From Bacteroidales bacterium (GTDB lineage Bacteria; Bacteroidota; Bacteroidia; Bacteroidales; FEN-979), in assembly GCA_025355465.1 (NCBI GenBank), contig JANXZO010000058.1, positions 6,164-70,163 on the forward strand: a stretch of 64,000 bases of DNA. The letters are read 5' to 3'. The position numbers and the translations under genes are program-made. Below the pieces are notes generated by a model, which saw only the letters and a program-made list of their open reading frames with translations, had not been told where the DNA came from and did not search any database. How positions within the stretch are numbered: position 1 is the first letter of the stretch; the number at the start of each line of letters is the position of its first letter. Positions 1 through 10,096 of the stretch are shown here, one piece after another.

Positions 1-915
1 ACATTACTCTCATTTCTGTTGCTGTTGATTGTTCACTTCGCCGGTGCACAAAACCCACGCTGGTCGCTGATCGAGAAGGGCTCATCGACCTCCTGCGACG
101 AGTGTGTATGTATTGACTCTCTTATGCAATACTGAGTCAAACCTGTCCATCCAAGGTCAATTGTACTTATCTACCACAATTTTTTCTCAGGGTTAAAGTG
201 CCAGCAATGTGACACCCTCGTAAAATACCTGACGCCAGACCATTCGGAGATCAGGACAAACAGGGACACTCAGTTCTATAAATTTTTCAACTGGAACAGT
301 TTTCAACTTTATTGTGATTCGGTACTGGGAATCTGAACAGGTTACCTGAAGATGCAGCGGTAAAGATTTCGATTGATTCGAAAACCTGGGACAGCCAGAC
401 AAGAACGGTTACACTTACCACAAAGTTTACGCCTTATCTGGCCGACCTTACCGGCACCTACATGGTAAACGCTGTACTTGCAGAAGACCGGGTATTGCAC
501 GACCAGAGTATGCTCGATAGTTGCGGTGGTTTCAGCGGAACGAGGGGCTCGTACCATCAGAATGTGGTGCGGAACATGACCTGCCAGTTTGGCGATCCTT
601 TAAAATCGGGCACCTGGCTCGCCAGCGAAGCCATAACCAGAACCTTCACATTCTCCGTTCCTGCTGAATCCGAGGCTGAAAACTGCCACAGGAAGCACAA
701 CGGCCTATCTCCGGGTTACAGAAGAGGGAACAGCCACCTTTTCAGTGATCGATATCAATGGCAGAGAGGTGATGCAGATCGACCGGGAATTATTAAAGCC
801 GGGAATCTATGTCAAACATTTCAATATGGATAACCTCCTCCCGGGAAATTTCCTTTTCAAGGTGACCCTGAACAATCAGGTGACACAGAAAAAGATGGTT
901 GTACTCAGACATTAA
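1..915 (+). pseudogene. Omp28-related/thioredoxin-like surface protein with T9SS C-terminal tail; 5' partial and disrupted
   Basis: Reading from nt 1 gives a signal-peptide tail (TLLSFLLLLIVHFAGAQN), then an in-frame TGA at 133-135. The same frame continues to 336 (VLIYHNFFSGLKCQQCDTLVKYL). The sense reading then moves to the frame of ORF 462..833, open from 318 (YMVNAVLAEDRVLHDQ..YHQNVVRNM). Near 660-700 it moves back to a Por-tail-like end (ATFSVIDINGREVMQIDRELLKPGIYVKHF..FKVTLNNQVTQKKMVVLRH, stop 913-915). Confidence 0.55.
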
Positions 916-1892
916 ACCAGGTAAACTTCCAAAATTTTGCACGCTGGCTCCGGAACCAGGGAAACATGATCCAGGATCGCCGGCAGTAATGTCACCTCCC
1001 CTTTTGTAAGGGTAACCATTCCCTGCTCATGGTGGATCTGCGCAGCTCCTTCCGTGCAGATGAGCAGCACGAAAGAATCCAGGTTGCCATAATCCTTGCG
1101 TATTGGTTCATTGAAGTCGAGGATGCTGGTGGTAAAATAGGGGGATTCCACAACCGGTACCGTTTTATTTGAGGCTTTGAGGTAATTGGTCCGGTATGAC
1201 GCATGCAAGGTGAAGTCGATGGCATCCAGGGCAAGCTCCGTATGCAGTTCACGCGGGTTTCCTTCATTATCGACCCGATCCCAATCATAAATGCGGTAGG
1301 TGGTATCGGAAGTTTGCTGAATTTCCGCAAGGAGGATTCCCGGTCCGAGGGCATGGACTCTGCCTGCCGGAATAAAAAAGACATCACCCTTTGAAACAGT
1401 TTCCGTGTTTAGTATCCCGCGAAGCGTCTTATTGCGGACACTTTCGAGGTAACTTTCCCGATCTATCTTTCGGTTGAAGCCAGTGATCAGTTCTGCTCCG
1501 GAATCGGCATCCAGGATGTACCACATCTCCGTTTTCCCGCTGCCAATCTTCCGGCTGGCAGCCAATGCATCATCGGGATGAACCTGGATGGACAGGTAAT
1601 CATTGGCATCGATAAACTTGATGAGTAAAGGAAATTCAACCCCATAGGTATCAAATGCCTTTTCGCCGACGAGGTCATCCATGTATATTTCCAGAATCTC
1701 GTTCAATTCGTTACCGGCAAGAAAGCCATTGCTCACCCTGGTCTGATTTCCCTCCACGCCCGACAAAACCCACGCTTCCCCGCAATTGGGAAGTTTTCCG
1801 AAGTCGAGGCCCAGACTGGTTCTGATCTTATCGCCACCCCAGATTTTATCCTTGAATAGCGGAGTGAATTTTAACGGATAGAGCATGTTCAT
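912..1892 (-). CDS. manA: Class I mannose-6-phosphate isomerase (phosphomannose isomerase)
   Basis: 326-aa intact ORF. The N-terminus MLYPLKFTPLFKDKIWGG and the motifs GEAWVLSG and SIQVHPDD are typical of type I PMI (cupin). Confidence 0.9.
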   Translation of the reverse strand: MNMLYPLKFTPLFKDKIWGGDKIRTSLGLDFGKLPNCGEAWVLSGVEGNQTRVSNGFLAGNELNEILEIYMDDLVGEKAFDTYGVEFPLLIKFIDANDYLSIQVHPDDALAASRKIGSGKTEMWYILDADSGAELITGFNRKIDRESYLESVRNKTLRGILNTETVSKGDVFFIPAGRVHALGPGILLAEIQQTSDTTYRIYDWDRVDNEGNPRELHTELALDAIDFTLHASYRTNYLKASNKTVPVVESPYFTTSILDFNEPIRKDYGNLDSFVLLICTEGAAQIHHEQGMVTLTKGEVTLLPAILDHVSLVPEPACKILEVYLV

Positions 1893-1923
1893 AAGTATAC
1901 CTTGACCGGCTTTTTGATTTCTT

Positions 1924-1931
1924 TAACTTTG
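1924..1931 (+). promoter_or_regulatory. Bacteroidota-type -7 promoter box (TAnnTTTG)
   Basis: taactttg matches the TAnnTTTG consensus and lies about 50 nt upstream of the GTG start at 1982. Confidence 0.4.
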
Positions 1932-1981
1932 TTCCGTGATGCAAGAACAAATTTACAGAAATTCAATCCAATACATCAGGC

Positions 1982-2575
1982 GTGCTTAAAACTATTTGTG
2001 TCTTCTGCGGCTCCAGTCTCGGATCTGACCCGGCCTATGCTGCCGGAGCTATCAAGCTGACAGAACTCTTTCTCACCAAGGGGATATCTCTCGTTTATGG
2101 AGGAGCAAATGTAGGTTTGATGCGCGTTTTGGCCGACGGGATGCTTGCCGGCGGAGGTCGTGTAACCGGGGTCATGCCAAAATCGCTTGTAGCACGGGAG
2201 GTAGCCCACACCCGTCTCACCGAAATGCACATTGTCGATAGCATGCAGGAACGTAAATTATTGATGGCTGAACTTTCGGATGCATTCATCGCCCTTCCCG
2301 GAGCCTATGGCACCTTCGATGAATTATTTGAGGTCCTTACCTGGAACCAGCTTGGAATTGTGGTAAAGCCGATCGGGCTCTTCAATATTAAAGGTTATTT
2401 TAACCCGTTAATACGAATGACCGACCTGGCAGCAGAGGATAAGTTTCTTCGCCCCGAGCACCGGAGTATCCTTCAGGTGGATGTGGATACAGAAGCGCTT
2501 CTGGGTAAACTTGAAGCCTGGCATCCGGTTACTGCCGAAAAATGGATTGAAGGTCTCAAAGAAGGGAAAATTTAA
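1982..2575 (+). CDS. LOG-family (TIGR00730) nucleotide 5'-monophosphate nucleosidase / cytokinin riboside 5'-monophosphate phosphoribohydrolase-like
   Basis: 197 aa with a GTG start. Carries ICVFCGSS, LVYGGANVGLMR and the PGAYGTFDELFE (PGGxGTxxE) signature. Confidence 0.88.
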   Translation: MLKTICVFCGSSLGSDPAYAAGAIKLTELFLTKGISLVYGGANVGLMRVLADGMLAGGGRVTGVMPKSLVAREVAHTRLTEMHIVDSMQERKLLMAELSDAFIALPGAYGTFDELFEVLTWNQLGIVVKPIGLFNIKGYFNPLIRMTDLAAEDKFLRPEHRSILQVDVDTEALLGKLEAWHPVTAEKWIEGLKEGKI

Positions 2576-2610
2576 ACAATCTGGATAAATCCCCGAAATC
2601 CGCGTCCTGA

Positions 2611-3180
2611 ATGAAAGAGTTATTGATCATTGGTATAACCGGAACCCTCGGTGCAGGCAAAGGTACCATCGTTGAGTACCTGACGGAAACAAAGGGCTTC
2701 CTGCATTTTTCGGTGCGGGCCTTTCTGCTGGAGGAGATAAGGCGGCTCGGAATGCCCGAAAACCGCGACAGTATGTTCAACCTGGCCAACAAACTTCGCG
2801 CTGAAAATACTCCTTCCTACGTAACTGATCAACTGTTCCTGCGCGCTGAAAAAACCGCCCGTAACTGCATTATTGAAAGCATCCGGACACCCGGCGAAAT
2901 CACCTCACTCCGCAGCAGTAAGAATTTTCAACTGTTTGCTGTGGATGCCCTTCCGGAGATCCGTTACCAACGGATCTATGAGCGGAAATCAGAAACCGAC
3001 AGCATAAGCTTCGAAACTTTCCGGGAAAACGAGATACGTGAAATGACCTCAACGGATCCAAATAAACAAAACCTGGCGGAGTGTATCCGTCAGGCTGATT
3101 TTGTTTTTGAAAACAATGGAGACAAAGAGGCGCTGTTCCTGCAAGTGGAGAAGGCTCTGGCAGAGATTACCGCAGGATGA
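2611..3180 (+). CDS. P-loop NTPase, small nucleotide/dephospho-CoA-kinase-like
   Basis: 189 aa with an N-terminal Walker A (GITGTLGAGKGT). Size and layout fit a small kinase; substrate unknown. Confidence 0.6.
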   Translation: MKELLIIGITGTLGAGKGTIVEYLTETKGFLHFSVRAFLLEEIRRLGMPENRDSMFNLANKLRAENTPSYVTDQLFLRAEKTARNCIIESIRTPGEITSLRSSKNFQLFAVDALPEIRYQRIYERKSETDSISFETFRENEIREMTSTDPNKQNLAECIRQADFVFENNGDKEALFLQVEKALAEITAG

Positions 3181-6100
3181 CCAGTTTTCTGATCAGATAA
3201 TCATGGTCAGACTTGATCCTCACAAAATAGCAACCTTGCGGCAGGGCCCCCAGATCGAATTCACAATTGCTGTTTACACTGCATTTTTCCGACCTGATCA
3301 CATTGCCGGTAAAATCCATCACCTTTACCTCAAGATAACCGGAGGCCGCATTTCCTGTCAGGATGCGAAATTTCCCGGTTGTCGGATTCGGAAAAAGTCT
3401 GATTCCGTCCGACAACACATCACCCACTGAAACGGCAGACTGCGATTGAGTTACTGTAACAAGCTGCGGGGAGATTCCGGCAACAGAAACCGTGATGGTG
3501 GCAATACGGGTGAAGTAATAGGGATTTTCTGCATAAACCGCGTTGATGGTACCATTGCCGCTACCGGATGGAGTAACATTACACCATGCTGAGTCTGCAG
3601 TGGCAGTCCAGCTGGTATTGGATGTGACGGTAAAGTCGGTGCTGCCTGGCAGGGGTGAAACGTTTCTGTTGGGCGGAGTTACAGTCAGGATAGCCACCGC
3701 GCTCTCCTGGGTAACGGTAACTATCATGACGGGCAATCCTGTTACGGAGACCGTGATATGGGCTATCCGCAGACTAACGATGAGATTTTCCTCATAGGTT
3801 GCATCTAAAGAGCCGTTACCCGAACCTGCGGTTGTTACTGCGCACCATGCTGCATCGCTTACTGCATTCCAGTTAGTATTTGAGGTTACGGCGAAAGATG
3901 TTGTTCCGGCAGCAGCAGTAACATCCTGATTTTGCGGCGTAATTCCGAGGGTTGGCGCTGCACCCGACTGGGTAACGGTAACTGTAACCGGAGCAAGTCC
4001 CCCCACGGTAACTGTGATAGTTGCAATTCTGGTGTTAATGGAACTGTTCTCAGAATAATTCACAGCAATATTTCCATTGCCTGTACCTGACGGTGTTATC
4101 GTACACCATGTTGCATTGCTAACGGCCGTCCAGTCCGTATTGGAAGTCACGGTAAAGCTGGTGGTACCAGCGGGTGCCGGCACATTCTGATTGGAAGGTT
4201 GAACCGTAAGTGTTGGCGTTGCTCCGGCCTGTGTTACTGTTACGGTTTGGGGAGGAATTCCGGTAACAGTTACCGTGAGCGTTGCCACCCTGGAAATAAC
4301 GGTTAAATTTTCAGTAAAATTTGCAACGATGGTTCCATTACCGGAGCCGGCAGCCGTTGGAATGCACCATGTTACATCGCTGGTAGCCGACCATGTTGTA
4401 TTACTGAGGACTGAAAAATTGGTTGTGCCGGCAGGGTAATTTACATTCTGGTTGGGAGGTGTCACAGCAAGGGTAGGCGCCGCCCCCGACTGGGTTACCG
4501 TAACTGTCTGGGCTAGCAGTCCTCCTGAAGGGGTGGCGGTGATGCCGGCAACACGGGGATTGATGGTTGGGTTTGAGGTATAATTTGCCGCAATGGTCCC
4601 GTTTCCGCTTCCTGACGGAGTAACCGTACACCAGGTGGCGTTGCTGGAAGCCGTCCATGAAGTAGAGGAGTTGGCGGTAACGGTAAAGGAGGTTGAACCG
4701 GCCAGGTCCGTTACATTTTGGTTAGCCGGAGTTACAGAAAATACCGAATAGAGGTCTGACTCCCACAATCCCCTTCCATAGGTGGCAGCTTTCAGCCTGT
4801 TATTCACCGCGTTCAGCGGGTCGTAAAAGATCTCCAGTTCCCGCACATCAACGGTTGGGAGTCCGGTGGAAAACGCGACCCAGTCGCTGATGGTGGCATC
4901 CTTGTAAAAAACATTCGTTTTATTTCCTACATAAAGCCCTTCATTGCTGTTCTTGTCGAAAACAATACAGTTATAGCTGACAGCCGGTAGCGTTCCGGAG
5001 ATATCCGTCCAGGAAACACCTTTATCGGAAGACTTATAAATTTTTGTACCGGCCGAAGCGTAAACGATATTCGCATTGGCAGGATGTGCCTCAAGGTCAG
5101 ACGGTGTCGTACTTCCGGGAAGGGAGCATGCAGTCCACACCGGCGTAGCTGCATTGGCGTTATCGGAACGCTTCAGTGACCCCGACCTGACAACATAAAC
5201 GATGTCGACGTTGGCAGGTGATTGTTCCAGGACCGTACAGTTGGCTGTTTCACCTGTTGAAATTTTCGTCCAGGTGACTGAGCTTGTGGAGACAGCTTTG
5301 ATATTGGTACTGCGCCATACATTCTGGTAACCGATGAACATGGTTGCCGCATTGGTTTCATGCAGAATATACGGGGTCACCCAACCACCTGCTTCGGTGA
5401 TACCATTAACCCCGTTTGCAGCGATGGTGTTGTACCCACCAACCGACCGCATGATGGTGCCATAGTAAATGGATCCATAACGATAATTGGTATCTCCCGG
5501 ATCGACGATGCACTCCATTCCGTCACCCCCGATAACAGTGTTGAAGGTCGTTCCCGTGTTTTTGGAAGTGCCGTTATCTTGATAACCGTTCATTGCAATT
5601 CCCTGGTAACCGGCACTCTGACCGATCTTGTACACCTGCGCTATGGCAAGTCCGGAAGAGATGTCTGTCCAGTTTGTTCCTCCGTTGGCGGTTTTATAAA
5701 CACCTCCGTCATTCCCGGTAAAAAGATTGCCATTCACCGGCGACCAGTCCAGGCAATGAATATCGGCGTGAACGGATGGCGCACAGGAAGTACCCCACGA
5801 ACTTCCAACCCAATGTGATGCGATGGTCCAGGTTACCCCGCCATTGATTGATTTCCAGATGTTTACTCCGCCTACATAGAGAATGTTCGCATTGTTGGGA
5901 TCTACCGCAATACAGAGGTCGTACCATGCCTGGCTGGCGGTGCCGCCTCCATCACAATTGTAATCCATGAGGTTGGGCGTAGTTGACTGGGTTGTAAAGG
6001 TAAGCCCGCTGTCGGTCGACTTTAGCAGACCTGCAAATGGTCCATTGGTCTGGCATAGGTAAACTGTTGCCGGCTGGTTTGCGCTTACCCCGATAACCAG

Positions 6101-7054
6101 CCTGCTTCCTGATACTCCTATCGGTATCTGTGTCCAGGTATCTCCTGTGTTGGCAGAGCGGTAAAAAAGTCCGCCTGCTGTGGAATAAACAGTGGTGGGA
6201 TCGACGGGTTTGAAACGGATGTCCTTGTAGGCGCTGGAATTGGATGACTTTCGTATCCAGTTTGAGCCTCCGTCAATACTTTTATAAATTCCGCCACTGG
6301 TGGCTGCCAGGATTATATTCGGATCTGAAGGGTGCCTCATCATCATCCCAACGGTGAGGTTGCCCATGCCAGTATTGGAAGGCACCCAGGTTGTACCGCC
6401 ATCAATGCTCTTGTAAACACCCATGCCCGGAGCATCATTGCCATCGCGGTCACCGGTACCGATAAGGATAAGGTTCGCATTGGTGGGATGTAAAAGGATG
6501 GACGAAACTCCCAAGGTAGGTGTGCTGGTAGTAAGGGCTGACCAGGTGGTGGCGCCGTCGGTGGTACGCCATAGGCCGCCCGAAGGAGAACCGGCATAAA
6601 AAGTGCCGGCATTGGAAGGATGAAAACAGAGGCCATTGATACGACCGAGACCGTTGGGCTGACTTGTAAGGTTGCCGGGTGATGTGACAGGACCCACCTG
6701 GCTCCAGTTGCCATTGGCCGATTTTGAATTAAGGTGGGTAGCAAAATATTGCTGGTATTCGGTTAGAATCTGATTGCCGGACGGCAGTGTTCCATCTGAC
6801 TGAACACGGTCCTGGTTGATATACTCCCAACGTTTGAAAACTTTCCAGCCATTGTGCCTGATATTTTCTCGTCCTGCCCAGTATTTTTCAAAAGCACGCT
6901 GGGTGTCCCGGAATTTCGCGGTAGGATCCTGCATCATCTGAACCCAATACGGATAATTGGCCGTGTCGCCGGCAGCAGGATTGGGCAGAAATTGTGCTTG
7001 AGCGCCAATAAAAAAGACCAAAAACAGGAGGGTAGTACAGGATAGTTTTTTCAT
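3167..7054 (-). CDS. T9SS-secreted BNR/sortilin (VPS10)-repeat protein with five BACON/Ig-like repeats and a Por C-terminal sorting domain
   Basis: 1295 aa intact with a signal peptide (MKKLSCTTLLFLVFFIGAQA). At least 8 SxDxGxTW-type BNR motifs are present (TTDGATTW, SIDGGTTW, SIDGGSNW, SINGGVTW, TANGGTNW, SSDKGVSW). Five ~87-aa repeats follow, then the tail LFPNPTTGKF..GCYFVRIKSD..KLVILR. Confidence 0.85.
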   Translation of the reverse strand: MKKLSCTTLLFLVFFIGAQAQFLPNPAAGDTANYPYWVQMMQDPTAKFRDTQRAFEKYWAGRENIRHNGWKVFKRWEYINQDRVQSDGTLPSGNQILTEYQQYFATHLNSKSANGNWSQVGPVTSPGNLTSQPNGLGRINGLCFHPSNAGTFYAGSPSGGLWRTTDGATTWSALTTSTPTLGVSSILLHPTNANLILIGTGDRDGNDAPGMGVYKSIDGGTTWVPSNTGMGNLTVGMMMRHPSDPNIILAATSGGIYKSIDGGSNWIRKSSNSSAYKDIRFKPVDPTTVYSTAGGLFYRSANTGDTWTQIPIGVSGSRLVIGVSANQPATVYLCQTNGPFAGLLKSTDSGLTFTTQSTTPNLMDYNCDGGGTASQAWYDLCIAVDPNNANILYVGGVNIWKSINGGVTWTIASHWVGSSWGTSCAPSVHADIHCLDWSPVNGNLFTGNDGGVYKTANGGTNWTDISSGLAIAQVYKIGQSAGYQGIAMNGYQDNGTSKNTGTTFNTVIGGDGMECIVDPGDTNYRYGSIYYGTIMRSVGGYNTIAANGVNGITEAGGWVTPYILHETNAATMFIGYQNVWRSTNIKAVSTSSVTWTKISTGETANCTVLEQSPANVDIVYVVRSGSLKRSDNANAATPVWTACSLPGSTTPSDLEAHPANANIVYASAGTKIYKSSDKGVSWTDISGTLPAVSYNCIVFDKNSNEGLYVGNKTNVFYKDATISDWVAFSTGLPTVDVRELEIFYDPLNAVNNRLKAATYGRGLWESDLYSVFSVTPANQNVTDLAGSTSFTVTANSSTSWTASSNATWCTVTPSGSGNGTIAANYTSNPTINPRVAGITATPSGGLLAQTVTVTQSGAAPTLAVTPPNQNVNYPAGTTNFSVLSNTTWSATSDVTWCIPTAAGSGNGTIVANFTENLTVISRVATLTVTVTGIPPQTVTVTQAGATPTLTVQPSNQNVPAPAGTTSFTVTSNTDWTAVSNATWCTITPSGTGNGNIAVNYSENSSINTRIATITVTVGGLAPVTVTVTQSGAAPTLGITPQNQDVTAAAGTTSFAVTSNTNWNAVSDAAWCAVTTAGSGNGSLDATYEENLIVSLRIAHITVSVTGLPVMIVTVTQESAVAILTVTPPNRNVSPLPGSTDFTVTSNTSWTATADSAWCNVTPSGSGNGTINAVYAENPYYFTRIATITVSVAGISPQLVTVTQSQSAVSVGDVLSDGIRLFPNPTTGKFRILTGNAASGYLEVKVMDFTGNVIRSEKCSVNSNCEFDLGALPQGCYFVRIKSDHDYLIRKLVILR
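3437..4750 (-). repeat. Five tandem ~87-aa (about 261-nt) BACON-like domain repeats inside the 1295-aa protein
   Basis: Each repeat reads TPxNQNVxxxAGTTSFTVTSNTxWTAxSxAxWCxVTPSGSGNGTIxxxYxENxxxxxRxATITVTVxGxxPxTVTVTQ. I counted five copies by hand in the translation. Confidence 0.8.
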
Positions 7055-7175
7055 AACAGAAACGGGTTTAACGCTTAATTTTCAGTCTGTAAAGATACGA
7101 ATTCAGACGCTATCCCAAAGCGGTGTTCATAAAAAAATGATTATTACCTTTACCGGAAATTGAAAATCGACCTCA

Positions 7176-7667
7176 ATGGATAACGAAAAATACCAGCGAC
7201 CCTCCTGGGACGAATATTTCATGGAGATTGCACATACGGTTTCAAAGCGGGCTACCTGCGACCGGGGCCGCAGCGGATGCGTGATTGCCCGCGACAAGCA
7301 GATACTGGTAAGTGGGTACGTAGGTTCGCCCCGTGGATTACCGCATTGCGATGAGGTAGGGCATCTGATGAAACAGGTGACCCACGACGATAGCCGCATT
7401 ACCCAGCATTGCATGCGAACGGTTCATGCGGAGCAAAATGCTATCTGCCAGGCAGCGCGACTGGGTATTTCACTCGAAAAATCCACCTTGTACTGCAGGA
7501 TGACTCCCTGCCGCACCTGTGCCATGCTGATTATCAACTGTGGGATCGAACGCGTGGTTTGTGAGCGTAAATATCATGACGGTAAAGAATCCGAGGAGAT
7601 GTTCCGCCTGGCCGGCGTTTCACTGGAATACGTTCATGATGAGGTTCAACTATACGAAAAACAGTGA
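7176..7667 (+). CDS. Deoxycytidylate (dCMP) deaminase
   Basis: 163 aa with SWDEYFM, the zinc motifs HAEQNA and PCRTCA, and a ComEB/dCMP deaminase layout. Confidence 0.9.
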   Translation: MDNEKYQRPSWDEYFMEIAHTVSKRATCDRGRSGCVIARDKQILVSGYVGSPRGLPHCDEVGHLMKQVTHDDSRITQHCMRTVHAEQNAICQAARLGISLEKSTLYCRMTPCRTCAMLIINCGIERVVCERKYHDGKESEEMFRLAGVSLEYVHDEVQLYEKQ

Positions 7668-7669
7668 CC

Positions 7670-8677
7670 TTACTTAAAAATTGCCACTAAACTCCGGTCA
7701 TCTGAGGTTTTATATCCGCGGAACATGGCATTGGAATTAAACGGCATGGCAATGTTACCCTCTTTGTCGACCGCGATCAGTCCGCCATCGGCCTTCTGAC
7801 TCTTGAGTTTATCGTTCACTATATATTCCGCAGCTTCAGCCAGCGGCAAACCTTTGTATTCCATAAGGGCGGAAAGGTCGTAGGCAACGACATTTCGGAT
7901 GAAAAACTCCCCGTGCCCGGTGCAGGATACCGCACAGGTTTTATTGTTGGCATAGGTTCCGGCTCCGATGATCGGCGTATCTCCCAGCCGTCCAACCATT
8001 TTCCGGGACATCCCGCCGGTTGAGGTTGCTGCCGCCAGGTTGCCCGACTGGTCAAGTGCAACAGCCCCTACGGTTCCATGAACGGCATCTGCTCCTGGTT
8101 TCGTCTGTTTCCATTTTTCATAGCGGTCGGTGACAATGAAATAGGAGGCAGGAACGATCTTAAGCCCCTGTTCTCTCGCAAAACGGTCGGCCCCCGGCCC
8201 GGCCAGCATGACATGCTTCGTTTTTTCCATGACTGCCACGGCTGCAAGAACCGGATTTTTCACAGTTCGAACGCCCCCAACAGCACCGGCTTTAAGGGTC
8301 CGGCCATCCATCACGGCGGCATCCAGCTCCGCTTTTCCCTCCTCATCGAGAACAGCCCCTTTACCTGCATTAAAAAGCGGACAGTCCTCCATAAAACAAA
8401 CCGCTGCAGTAACTGCTTCAAGGCTGGTTCCACCCGATCTGAGGATCGCAGACCCTGATTCGAGGGCCTGGCTGAGCATATTCAGGTAAGCCTCTTCCTG
8501 TGAGGCGGATAATGATCCTTTCACCGGTCCGCCTGCTCCCCCGTGAATAACAATTACCCATTTCGGGTTATCTTTTGACACAGGTTCTTTAACTGATTCC
8601 GCAGGCTGCGCCACAAGCCGGAAAAATGAGATAACAAGAAACAAATGGACCAACTGGGATTTTAAGAAATTGCACAT
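7670..8677 (-). CDS. Isoaspartyl peptidase / L-asparaginase (Ntn hydrolase, asparaginase_2 family), secreted
   Basis: 335 aa with a signal-like N-terminus. Motifs: VIVIHGGAGG, the autoprocessing site GTVGAVALD, and TSTGGM. Confidence 0.88.
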   Translation of the reverse strand: MCNFLKSQLVHLFLVISFFRLVAQPAESVKEPVSKDNPKWVIVIHGGAGGPVKGSLSASQEEAYLNMLSQALESGSAILRSGGTSLEAVTAAVCFMEDCPLFNAGKGAVLDEEGKAELDAAVMDGRTLKAGAVGGVRTVKNPVLAAVAVMEKTKHVMLAGPGADRFAREQGLKIVPASYFIVTDRYEKWKQTKPGADAVHGTVGAVALDQSGNLAAATSTGGMSRKMVGRLGDTPIIGAGTYANNKTCAVSCTGHGEFFIRNVVAYDLSALMEYKGLPLAEAAEYIVNDKLKSQKADGGLIAVDKEGNIAMPFNSNAMFRGYKTSDDRSLVAIFK

Positions 8678-8815
8678 CGGATAAAACTGGGTTAGACGTT
8701 ATAAACCGCTTTTTGTTGAAATAATTTTGATTCAGGCGATAAAGTTAGCGGTTTAAAAACATTTATTTGCAGTGAATTCCTGCAAAAAATCCTTCAGATT
8801 CTTTAATCACCAGCC

Positions 8816-10096
8816 ATGCGCAGAAAATTTGATGTCCTGATTGTGGGTGCCGGTCCGGCCGGTATGGCCACGGCGCTGTGCCTGGCAAATTCATATCTAT
8901 CGGTCGCGGTCCTGGATAAGGCCATATTCCCAAGAGAAAAAATTTGCGGCGACGGACTGACGTTGGACGTAATCAACCAGCTTTCAACTATTTCCATTGC
9001 ACTGGGAGAATCTTTCAAATCGCTTGCCGGCATACAATCCTGTTGCGGTGCCGAAATTTTTTCTCCCGGGTTTCAACAGGTTTCCCTTCCGGTGAAGCCG
9101 GCAGCTGAAAAAAAACAGATGTACACATGTCGCAGGATAGATTTCGACAACTTCCTGTTTCAGCATCTGAAACAACATTCTAACATAACAATCTACGAGT
9201 CTTGCATACCCGAGAAGATCAGAAACACTCCCGGTTGTGTGGAAATTGAGACGCGTCTGGGAACTTTTGAAGGTCGAATCCTGGTTGGGGCCGACGGGGT
9301 GAACTCCTTCGTTGCGCGACAAATGCGATTGAAGCACATTACGCCCGGGCACCAGTGCGTGGCGGTAAGAACCTATTTCCGCGGGCTGAAGCCACTGCAC
9401 GAGGGCAACCCGATTGAGATGTATCTTCCCAAAGAGATCCTTCCCGGGTATCTTTGGATATTTCACCTGGCAGATGGTACGTCGAATGTAGGGATCGGAA
9501 TACTCGCAACTGTGATAAGAAAAGAAAAAATCCGGCTGAAAAGGATCTTCGCTGAAATGTTACTTCAGGAGCCACTGAAAAGCCGTCTGGCCGGAGCCGA
9601 ACAGATCGAACCTGTAAAAGGACTGATCATTCCGTTGGGCGGCGAGCGACGAGAGATTTCGGGCAACCGGTTCCTGCTTGCCGGCGATGCAGCCGCGCTG
9701 GTCGACCCCATTACCGGGGAAGGAGTTGCCAACGCGATCCGGAGCGAGCGGATTGCTGCTGCCCATATCCTTGCAGGGAGTAAGTCGTGTGAATTTTCTG
9801 CCGCTTCTAACAAAGCCTACGACGATGAAATATACCGCAGAATGCTGCCCGAATTCAGGTTGCATATCATGCTCCGGGAGTTGCTGAACTATCCCGCCTT
9901 GATCAACTACATTATGGGTTCAGCAGCCAATCATCCGGAAATTGAACACGCGCTGCAGGAGATCATGTGGAACCTTGACGGAACCACTGCCCGGAAAAAA
10001 TTGCTGATCGTGCTGAAGATCTTCCACCTCTTTACCCTGAAAAATCTTTGGATTTCCGTGCTGAAAAGAAGAAGGAAACGGGCCGGATCAGGATAA
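8816..10096 (+). CDS. Geranylgeranyl-reductase-family FAD-dependent oxidoreductase
   Basis: 426 aa with an N-terminal FAD fold (DVLIVGAGPAGMATA), CGDGLT, and LAGDAAALVDPITGEG. Confidence 0.82.
   Translation: MRRKFDVLIVGAGPAGMATALCLANSYLSVAVLDKAIFPREKICGDGLTLDVINQLSTISIALGESFKSLAGIQSCCGAEIFSPGFQQVSLPVKPAAEKKQMYTCRRIDFDNFLFQHLKQHSNITIYESCIPEKIRNTPGCVEIETRLGTFEGRILVGADGVNSFVARQMRLKHITPGHQCVAVRTYFRGLKPLHEGNPIEMYLPKEILPGYLWIFHLADGTSNVGIGILATVIRKEKIRLKRIFAEMLLQEPLKSRLAGAEQIEPVKGLIIPLGGERREISGNRFLLAGDAAALVDPITGEGVANAIRSERIAAAHILAGSKSCEFSAASNKAYDDEIYRRMLPEFRLHIMLRELLNYPALINYIMGSAANHPEIEHALQEIMWNLDGTTARKKLLIVLKIFHLFTLKNLWISVLKRRRKRAGSG

Noticed and set aside
133-135. An in-frame TGA in the thioredoxin-like surface protein, near Cys-rich sequence. 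I considered selenocysteine.
   Set aside because: The TGA is not at the CxxC-type position (..KCQQC.. lies downstream). No SECIS-like hairpin is evident immediately 3' of it. The gene also has two frameshifts.
912-915. Convergent genes share overlapping stop codons: the T9SS remnant stop at 913-915 with the manA stop at 912-914. Convergent overlaps also occur at 3167-3180 and 10088-10096.
   Set aside because: Short convergent 3' overlaps are common in compact bacterial genomes and need no special explanation.
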